Part shown: one piece after another, positions 31,509 to 37,791 of the stretch
Layout of the letters: every line of letters begins with the position of its first letter
Position numbering within the stretch: position 1 is the stretch's first letter
NCBI GenBank assembly: GCA_011522855.1
Contig: WTID01000005.1
Coordinates: 42,965 to 80,755 of the forward strand
Direction of reading: 5' to 3'
DNA length: 37,791 nt
From: Flavobacteriales bacterium
GTDB lineage: Bacteria; Bacteroidota; Bacteroidia; Flavobacteriales_D; Sanyastnellaceae
Made by a program: the position numbers and the translations under genes
Notes under the pieces: model-generated
What the model was told of the DNA's origin: nothing
The model's database searches: none
What the model saw: only the letters and a program-made list of their open reading frames with translations

Positions 31509-32870
31509 ATGTTCGAGAACCTCAGCGACCGCTTCGAAAAAGCCTTCCAGCGCATCAAGGGCGAGGCCACGATCACCGAAGCCAACATTGCCGAAACCAC
31601 CAAGGAAATCCGCCGTGCCCTCGTCGAGGCGGATGTGAACTACAGCGTCGCCAAACGCTTCGCCAACCGGGTGAAGGACAAGGCCGTTGGCCAGGAGGTC
31701 CTCACCTCCGTGCGCCCGGGCCAGCTCCTCGTGAAAATCACGCAGGAAGAGCTCGCCGAATTCATGGGCGGCCAACACGCTGGCCTCAACCTCAAAGGCA
31801 AGCCCGGGGTCATCCTCATGAGCGGCTTGCAGGGCTCCGGAAAGACCACACACACCTCCAAACTGGCGCTGCACCTCCAGTCCAAGCAGGGCAAGCGCCC
31901 GCTGCTGGTGGCCTGCGATGTCTACCGACCGGCGGCCATCGACCAGCTTGAGGTCATGGGCAAGCGCGTCGGGGCCGACGTGTTCACCCAACGGGAGGAG
32001 AAGAATCCGGTGGCCATTGCCGAAGCCGCCCTGCGGCATGCCCGGAGCCACGGCAACGACGTCGTCATCATCGACACGGCGGGCCGTCTGGCTGTGGACG
32101 AGGCCATGATGGACGAGATCGCCCGGATCAAGGAGGCCGTCCAGCCCAGCGAGACCCTCTTCGTGGTCGACGCCATGACCGGGCAGGACGCCGTGCGGAC
32201 GGCGCAAGCCTTCCACGAGCGCATCGCCTTCGACGGGGTCATCCTGACCAAGATGGATGGCGACACCCGCGGCGGTGCGGCCCTGTCCATCCGGGAGGAG
32301 ACGGGCAAGCCGATCAAGTTCATCGGCACGGGCGAGAAGCCCGAGGCCCTCGAGCCCTTCCACCCCGACCGGATGGCCCAGCGCATCCTCGGGATGGGCG
32401 ATGTGGTCACCCTCGTCGAGAAGGCCCAGGAGCAGTTTGACGAGGCCCAGGCCAAGAAGCTCGAGAAGAAGATCCGCAAGAACAGCTTCGACTTCGAGGA
32501 TTTCCTGGAACAGGTCCAGCAAATCAAGAAGATGGGCAACGTCAAGGATCTCCTCGCCATGGTGCCGGGCATGGGCAAGGCCCTTCGGGGGGTGGACATT
32601 GACGACGACGCCTTCAAGCACATCGAAGCGATCATCCGGTCGATGACCCCCGATGAACGCCAGCATCCCGAGAAGCTCAACGGCAGCCGGAAAACCCGCA
32701 TTGCCAAGGGCAGCGGCACCTCGGTCCAGGAGGTCAACCAGCTGCTCAAGCAGTTCGGCGAGATGAAGAAGATGATGAAGATGATGAACGCGGGCGGCGG
32801 ACGCCGGCGCGGATTGGGTGGCATGATGGGCCGCGGCGCCATGCCTGGAGGAATGCGCATGCCCCGATGA
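31509..32870 (+). CDS. ffh: signal recognition particle protein Ffh
   Basis: MFENLSDRFEKAFQRIKG N-domain, GTPase motifs GLQGSGKTT, DTAGR and TKMDGD, and a Met-rich M domain and tail (MKKMMKMMNAGGG...). The start is the ATG at 31509; the ORF track starts earlier at a TTG. Confidence 0.95.
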   Translation: MFENLSDRFEKAFQRIKGEATITEANIAETTKEIRRALVEADVNYSVAKRFANRVKDKAVGQEVLTSVRPGQLLVKITQEELAEFMGGQHAGLNLKGKPGVILMSGLQGSGKTTHTSKLALHLQSKQGKRPLLVACDVYRPAAIDQLEVMGKRVGADVFTQREEKNPVAIAEAALRHARSHGNDVVIIDTAGRLAVDEAMMDEIARIKEAVQPSETLFVVDAMTGQDAVRTAQAFHERIAFDGVILTKMDGDTRGGAALSIREETGKPIKFIGTGEKPEALEPFHPDRMAQRILGMGDVVTLVEKAQEQFDEAQAKKLEKKIRKNSFDFEDFLEQVQQIKKMGNVKDLLAMVPGMGKALRGVDIDDDAFKHIEAIIRSMTPDERQHPEKLNGSRKTRIAKGSGTSVQEVNQLLKQFGEMKKMMKMMNAGGGRRRGLGGMMGRGAMPGGMRMPR

Positions 32871-33772
32871 GCCACATGACCATGGAGGACACACGCATCC
32901 TGGACGGCAAGGCCCTGTCGGAGGCCATCAAGGGGGAAATCGCGGACGAGGTTCGGGATTGGGTCGCAGCCGGAAACCCGGCGCCCCACCTGGCCGCCGT
33001 GCTCATCGGCGAGGACGGCGCCAGCCGCACCTATGTCGACCACAAGGTGCGCAGCTGCGCCCGGGTCGGATTCGAGAGCACCCTCATCCAACGGCCAGCG
33101 GACATTACGCAGGAAGAGCTCCTCGAGATCGTGCACGGCCTCAATGACGACCCGGCCATCGACGGGTTCATCGTCCAACTTCCCCTCCCCGACCATCTCG
33201 ACGCCCATGCGGTGATCGAGGCGGTGGACCCCGCCAAGGACGTGGACGGGTTCCACCCCATCAACATGGGCAACCTCGCCCTCGGACTGCCCGGCTTCGT
33301 CCCCGCCACGCCGGCCGGCATCATGACGATGCTCGAGCGTTCCGGCATCGACACCCAGGGCAAGCATGCCGTGGTCATCGGCCGGTCCAGCATCGTCGGC
33401 ACCCCCATGTCCCTCCTGCTCAGCCGGAGCGGTCAGCCGGGCAATTGCACCGTCACGCTGTGTCACAGCCGGACGGTCGATCTGGCCGGCCATTGCCGTG
33501 AAGCCGACATCCTGGTGGCGGCCGTCGGCCGTCCGGAAATGGTCAAGGCCGACATGGTCAAGGAAGGCGCCGTCGTCATCGATGTGGGCATCACCCGCGT
33601 GGAAGACCCCAGCGCCAAAAGGGGATACCGCCTCAAAGGCGATGTGGATTACGCCGACGTCGCCCCCAAATGCAGCTGGATCACCCCCGTCCCGGGCGGT
33701 GTCGGGCCGATGACCATCGTGAGCCTGCTGCGCAACACCCTCACCGCCGCCCGGGCCAAGCACCGGGCCTGA
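32867..33772 (+). CDS. folD: bifunctional methylenetetrahydrofolate dehydrogenase / methenyltetrahydrofolate cyclohydrolase
   Basis: ILDGKALS..., YV..K.K.C..VG, VQLPLP, DVDGFHP.N.G, GRS.IVG.P and PVPGGVGPMT motifs. Its ATG overlaps the ffh stop (ATGA). Alternative in-frame ATGs lie at 32876 and 32882. Confidence 0.95.
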   Translation: MSHMTMEDTRILDGKALSEAIKGEIADEVRDWVAAGNPAPHLAAVLIGEDGASRTYVDHKVRSCARVGFESTLIQRPADITQEELLEIVHGLNDDPAIDGFIVQLPLPDHLDAHAVIEAVDPAKDVDGFHPINMGNLALGLPGFVPATPAGIMTMLERSGIDTQGKHAVVIGRSSIVGTPMSLLLSRSGQPGNCTVTLCHSRTVDLAGHCREADILVAAVGRPEMVKADMVKEGAVVIDVGITRVEDPSAKRGYRLKGDVDYADVAPKCSWITPVPGGVGPMTIVSLLRNTLTAARAKHRA

Positions 33773-33775
33773 GCC

Positions 33776-34891
33776 ATGTCGGAGGTCACCCCCCGGGACC
33801 GGGAATGGATGGCCGAGGCCCTCACGCTGGCGCGTCGGGGCCACATCGGCACGGCGCCCAATCCCCGGGTCGGCTGTGTCCTGGTCCGCGATGGCCACGT
33901 CCTCTCTTCCGGTTGGCATGCCGCCGTCGGCGGCCCCCACGCCGAAGCGGCCGCCCTTCAAGCGCTCCCACCAGGCGGAAATGCTCGGGGTGCAACAGCC
34001 TACGTCACGCTTGAGCCCTGCAGCCACCACGGCCGCACCCCACCCTGCTCGGAGGCCCTCATCGCCTCCGGCATTGCGCGGTGCGTTGTGGGCATGGTGG
34101 ATCCGAACCCCAAGGTGGCCGGCTCCGGCATCGACCGCATGCGAGCCGCCGGCATCGAGGTCACCATCCTGGACGCATTTCCCGAGGGCCGCTGGCTCAA
34201 CCGCCGCTTCCTGAGTGCCATGGAGCGGGGGCGTCCCTGGATCATCCTGAAGTGCGCCGTCAGTGCCGATGGGTTCATGGACCCGCCACGCGAGAGGGGC
34301 GAAATGGGCAGTTTGGCCATCACCTCCCCTGCATTGCGCCGACTCACCCACCACTGGCGGGCCGAGGAAGGGGCCATCCTCGTGGGAGCGGGCACCGTTG
34401 GCACCGATGACCCCGCTCTGAATGTTCGGGAAGCCGAGGGTCCGAATCCACTCCGCATTGTCTTGGACCCTGAGGGACGCACGATGGCAGACCGTCAGGT
34501 CTATGCCGATGGGCACCCCACGCTCGTGGTGGGTGGACCCCAAGAACTGCCGGAATCCGTCGTGCGCCTCGACGCGAACAGCCAGGACGCCCTGCCGCTG
34601 CTCATGGAGGACCTGATGGCCCGGGAGGTTCGATCTGTGCTGGTCGAGGGCGGTGCCGACACCCTTGGCCGCTTCCTCGACACTGGACTGTGGGACGAAC
34701 TCCGCTTGTGCCACGCTCCCCAGCGGACTGGAGGCGGATTGCCCGCCCCGTCCTGGCCCACCGGGGAGGATGCCCTTCTTCGCGGCGAGCATCCTTTTGG
34801 CGCAGATCGTGTCGAGTACCAGGTGCATCCGGCCAGTGCTGCCTGGGTCGGAACCCTTTGTCCCCCCACCCTCTCGGTGCCGCTGCCATGA
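33776..34891 (+). CDS. ribD: bifunctional riboflavin biosynthesis protein RibD (deaminase / reductase)
   Basis: CMP/dCMP deaminase zinc motifs HAEAAAL and TLEPCSHHGRTPPC, followed by a RibD_C reductase domain (PWIILKCAVSADG...). Confidence 0.93.
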   Translation: MSEVTPRDREWMAEALTLARRGHIGTAPNPRVGCVLVRDGHVLSSGWHAAVGGPHAEAAALQALPPGGNARGATAYVTLEPCSHHGRTPPCSEALIASGIARCVVGMVDPNPKVAGSGIDRMRAAGIEVTILDAFPEGRWLNRRFLSAMERGRPWIILKCAVSADGFMDPPRERGEMGSLAITSPALRRLTHHWRAEEGAILVGAGTVGTDDPALNVREAEGPNPLRIVLDPEGRTMADRQVYADGHPTLVVGGPQELPESVVRLDANSQDALPLLMEDLMAREVRSVLVEGGADTLGRFLDTGLWDELRLCHAPQRTGGGLPAPSWPTGEDALLRGEHPFGADRVEYQVHPASAAWVGTLCPPTLSVPLP

Positions 34892-35784
34892 TTGCCCTCG
34901 CCCTCAGCATTCTGGTGTCCACCCTTCTGTTCAGCTGTTTCCGGCTGTTCCCCAAGTTCAATGTCCGGCTGGAAGAAGCCGTGGTCCTCAACTACATCGT
35001 GGCCGGCTCCGTCGCCATCGGCATTGCCGGACCTTCCCATGCCCTCGATCGGGTGGCCGAGCCCAGCTCCCTGGCCGGAGCGGTGATGGGTCTGGCCTTC
35101 CTCTACATGTTCAAGAAAATCGGCGAGTGCACCCAGCACCTCGGCATGGGCGTGGTGGCCATCGCCACCAAGATGTCGATGGTCCTGCCCATGTCCATCT
35201 TCATTCTGCTGGATCCGGCCGACCCCTTCACATGGCCAAAAGCGGCCGCCGTCCTCCTCGCCTTTCCCGCCGTCTGGCTGGCCAGCAGTCCGGGACGGAA
35301 CGCCGACGATCCCGTCATTGACGCCGCCGACGACCGCCCCGACCTCGACTGGACGCTTCCGGCCATCGTGTTCTTCGGCTCCGGCCTGATTGATCTCGGC
35401 TTCGGTTGGTTTTCTTCGGAAGCGCACATGTCGAGCGATGCCGACCGCCTGTCGTTTGCCGCCGTGCCCTTCACCGTGGCTGCCCTCATCGGGCTGCTCC
35501 GGTGGGCCGTCGTTCCATCGGCCAAACCCGTGCTCAGTCGCGCCACGGTCCTCGGCGGGATCATTCTGGGGGTCATCAATGTGGGCTCCCTCTTCTTCCT
35601 GCTCTCGGCCTATGAGAGTATGCCGTTCCCCCGGTCCGCCATCGTCCCGTCCAACAACCTTGGTATCGTCCTCGCCACCTCGCTGGCGGGCATCGCCTTC
35701 TTCAAAGAGCGTCCCGATGGCCGGAACATCCTCGGATGGGGCCTCGCCACGACGGCGCTCGTGCTCCTGCTCCTGCCGGATTGA
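34888..35784 (+). CDS. DMT/EamA-like 10-TM membrane transporter
   Basis: The ATG at 34888 overlaps the ribD stop (ATGA). The 298-aa protein has two ~5-TM halves. The family assignment rests on topology only. Confidence 0.65.
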   Translation: MIALALSILVSTLLFSCFRLFPKFNVRLEEAVVLNYIVAGSVAIGIAGPSHALDRVAEPSSLAGAVMGLAFLYMFKKIGECTQHLGMGVVAIATKMSMVLPMSIFILLDPADPFTWPKAAAVLLAFPAVWLASSPGRNADDPVIDAADDRPDLDWTLPAIVFFGSGLIDLGFGWFSSEAHMSSDADRLSFAAVPFTVAALIGLLRWAVVPSAKPVLSRATVLGGIILGVINVGSLFFLLSAYESMPFPRSAIVPSNNLGIVLATSLAGIAFFKERPDGRNILGWGLATTALVLLLLPD

Positions 35785-35789
35785 GGCAA

Positions 35790-36548
35790 ATGCCGTTCCT
35801 TGGGTCCATGCGGTTTGCGATTCCCCTCTTGTGCCTCCTGTTCACCTCCTGCCTGGTGTCCCGCGAGGATCCGCCTCCGCCTCCCACCCCGGCTCCGACT
35901 CCGGCCCCACCGCAGCCTGACCCGGTGACGGGAGCCGCACCGGATACGGTGCGCTACCTCGCTCTCGGTGACAGCTACACCATCGGCGAAAGCGTTCCGG
36001 ACATCGGGGACTGGCCGAACCAGCTGGTGGACTCCCTGTCCCTGCGCCTGCCCGAGACCCATTTCGAACCGGCCCACATCATCGCCACCACCGGCTGGAC
36101 CACGGCGAACCTGAGCAACGCCATGGACGCCCAGCAGATTGACACTTCGACCTTCGACCTGGTGTCGCTCCTCATCGGCGTCAACAACCAATATCAAGGC
36201 CTTCCGCTGGACGCTTACGAGGTGGAATTCCAGGCCCTGCTCGAGCGGGCCGTCAACCTCGCCGATGGCCGGGATGACCGCGTCTTCGTGGTGAGCATTC
36301 CCGATTACGGGTATACGCCCTTCGGCCAGGGCAACCAGTCCACCATCTCGATGGAACTCGCCCAGTTCAATGCCGCCTGCTCCACACTGACCGTCCAGGC
36401 GGGCATTGCCCATTATGACATTACGGGAATCAGCCAGCAGTGGAATCCAATCTGGGTGGCCCCCGACGGCCTGCACCCCAGTGGGGCCCAATACGCGGCG
36501 TGGGTGGCCTCCTTCGCCGACGGCGTCGAGGCCCAGCTGCTCGATTGA
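35790..36548 (+). CDS. SGNH/GDSL hydrolase family lipoprotein
   Basis: Signal peptide with lipobox (LLCLLFTSC), a Pro-rich linker, block I GDS (YLALGDSYTIGE), block III GVNN and block V DGLHPS. Confidence 0.8.
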   Translation: MPFLGSMRFAIPLLCLLFTSCLVSREDPPPPPTPAPTPAPPQPDPVTGAAPDTVRYLALGDSYTIGESVPDIGDWPNQLVDSLSLRLPETHFEPAHIIATTGWTTANLSNAMDAQQIDTSTFDLVSLLIGVNNQYQGLPLDAYEVEFQALLERAVNLADGRDDRVFVVSIPDYGYTPFGQGNQSTISMELAQFNAACSTLTVQAGIAHYDITGISQQWNPIWVAPDGLHPSGAQYAAWVASFADGVEAQLLD

Positions 36549-36551
36549 GAA

Positions 36552-37310
36552 TCAGGGGCCGATGATCTCGCCTGTCGCCTCCGGCCACACATAGAGGTCC
36601 TGCGCCTCGGGCTCGCTCAGCACGTAGACCGTGCCAGCCCCGGACAACTCCAAGTAGAGATAGCCCTCCGGCCGCAAGGTCATCACCCCTGTTCCGGCCT
36701 GGTGGGCCACAACCCGCTCCGCGTCGAGGGCAGAGGCATCGAAATCCCCATAGCCGGAGCGGAAAGTGGAAAAGCGCACGGCTGCGCCTTTGGCCGATGC
36801 ATGACCGATGCCATTGGGCAAGCGCACCTTGAGGCTGTCCGCTTCGAACCACAAGTCGATGCGGCCGGCCATCTGGTCGCCCTCCACGGTCAAATCCCCG
36901 GACGTGCAGGGTGCCTCCATGATGAAGTCCGCTTGGGACTCGAGCAGCACCTCCCGGGGCATCATTCCACGGAGGTCTACGCGGGGGACCGCATCCAAAC
37001 GGCGGACCCAACCGCACCGGTTGCGGTCCTCGATCATCAATTCCCCGTTGTTCAGGCGCACCTCAATCCCGTCCACCGTGCCGTCCCAGGCATGGCGCAC
37101 CGCGTGAGGCAACGTGTCTCCGGGCCACCAATGAACCTCCACCCGGTCGGTCACGAGCAACTGCTCGGGCACGTCTTCAAACCAGAGGGTGTCCGACACC
37201 GGTTGGCCCAGCGGCGTTCCACATCCCGCGCCCTCTGCCGTGCACCCCTCCATCAGGATCCACACCGGAACGACCAGAGCCAGCCAAGCCAGGAATCGCC
37301 CTCGCGTCAT
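36552..37310 (-). CDS. hypothetical lipoprotein, possibly head GIN domain (DUF2807)-like
   Basis: Signal peptide with Cys (VWILMEGC). The beta-rich body has repeated strand pairs reminiscent of DUF2807. Its ATG overlaps the mazG stop (ATGA on the minus strand). The function call is weak. Confidence 0.55.
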   Translation of the reverse strand: MTRGRFLAWLALVVPVWILMEGCTAEGAGCGTPLGQPVSDTLWFEDVPEQLLVTDRVEVHWWPGDTLPHAVRHAWDGTVDGIEVRLNNGELMIEDRNRCGWVRRLDAVPRVDLRGMMPREVLLESQADFIMEAPCTSGDLTVEGDQMAGRIDLWFEADSLKVRLPNGIGHASAKGAAVRFSTFRSGYGDFDASALDAERVVAHQAGTGVMTLRPEGYLYLELSGAGTVYVLSEPEAQDLYVWPEATGEIIGP

Positions 37311-37791
37311 TGGCCGAGTTCGAGTTTGGCTGCGTCCCAGTGGCGGTCCATCTCTTCCAGGGGCATCTCGCCCAAATCGAGTCCGGCCTCGGCAATGCGG
37401 CGCTCCATGGCCTCGAAGCGGGCCTTGAACCGGCGGTTGGTCCGCTCCAACGCTTCGTCGGGGTTGACATCGAGGAACCGCGCGTAATTGATCAAGGCAA
37501 AGAGCACATCCCCGAATTCATCGGCGATGCGGTCGCTCTTCCGGTCCACCTCCTCCCGCAATTCCCCCAGCTCCTCCTGGACCTTGTCCCAGACCTGACC
37601 GGCGTGGTCCCAGTCAAATCCGACGCCGCGGACCTTTTCCTGGATGCGTTGCGCCTTGACCAGGGAAGGCAGTCCGGAGGGGACGCCCTGCAGGACGCTT
37701 TGTCGCTCCTCCCCCTTTTCCTTGAGTTTGATCTTCTCCCAATTGGCCTTGACCTCCTCCTCGGTCGCCGCCTCCACATCCCCGTAGATGT
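37307..37791 (-). CDS. mazG: nucleoside triphosphate pyrophosphohydrolase MazG (5' end beyond window)
   Basis: C-terminal MazG repeat: FDWDHAGQVWDKVQEELGELREEV...EFGDVLFALINYARFLDVNPDEALERTNRRFKARF. The frame stays open to the window edge (IYGDVEAATEEEVKANWEKIK). Confidence 0.9.
   Translation of the reverse strand, partial: IYGDVEAATEEEVKANWEKIKLKEKGEERQSVLQGVPSGLPSLVKAQRIQEKVRGVGFDWDHAGQVWDKVQEELGELREEVDRKSDRIADEFGDVLFALINYARFLDVNPDEALERTNRRFKARFEAMERRIAEAGLDLGEMPLEEMDRHWDAAKLELGQ

Noticed and set aside
31368-32894. N-terminal 509 aa of the 4,464-aa minus-strand ORF-track entry
   Set aside because: This part is antisense to ffh, which has unmistakable SRP54 motifs, and it crosses the AT-rich intergenic region. 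The giant protein has a proper signal peptide starting at the ATG at 31367.
33773-33775. FMN riboswitch upstream of ribD, or a THF riboswitch near folD/folP
   Set aside because: ribD follows folD after 3 nt, and folD overlaps ffh, so there is no room for a leader RNA. The folP upstream region shows only a simple inverted repeat.
31922-34828. 968-aa minus-strand ORF
   Set aside because: Antisense across ffh, folD and ribD, all three of which have diagnostic motifs on the plus strand.
1-37791. Mobile elements, genomic-island boundaries, tRNA/rRNA genes and defence systems
   Set aside because: There are no integrase, transposase, recombinase, nuclease or ATPase defence signatures, and no direct repeats flanking the giant gene that I could see. 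The non-coding gaps are too short for tRNA-sized structured genes. Codon usage looks uniform across the window.

Overview
High-GC chromosomal segment with Bacteroidota hallmarks: DUF1599 next to folP, an LptF/LptG permease, a T9SS C-terminal sorting domain on one secreted protein, TAnnTTTG-type -7 boxes, and no obvious Shine-Dalgarno sites. I call 29 protein-coding genes. They are very tightly packed, with several 4-nt ATGA overlaps and convergent genes separated by only 0-9 nt. I found no rRNA, tRNA, CRISPR array, transposase, integrase or recognisable defence genes. Most genes are housekeeping: folP, cdaA, a DPP-III-like M49 peptidase, LptF/G, two GT4 glycosyltransferases, a 2OG-Fe(II) oxygenase, a split YeeE/YedE pair, an HtrA protease, a LON-N domain protein, two guanidino-modifying enzymes abutting argS, ffh, folD, ribD, a DMT-like transporter, an SGNH hydrolase and mazG (5' end cut by the window edge). 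The outstanding element is an 11.9-kb gene (19500..31367, minus strand) wedged between argS and ffh. It encodes a 3,955-aa secreted, Cys/Asp/Thr-rich mosaic protein. After the signal peptide it contains: (1) five copies of a ~185-aa module I cannot assign to any known family; (2) about 39 copies of a 22-24-aa Cys repeat (GCTDxxACNYDxxAxxDDGSCxY); (3) 7 full and 2 partial thrombospondin-type-3-like Ca-binding motifs; (4) three CBM20/48-like beta-sandwiches; (5) a parallel beta-helix region; (6) 12 HYR-like Ig modules, one split by a Cys-free ~150-aa insertion; (7) a single disulfide-bracketed dockerin/EF-hand-like motif at the C-terminus where a T9SS sorting domain would be expected. This protein is the best candidate for something undescribed; the rest of the window looks ordinary. 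The many long ORFs antisense to real genes, including a 3,085-aa one, are codon-bias artefacts. All domain calls come from motif recognition by eye; no searches were run.
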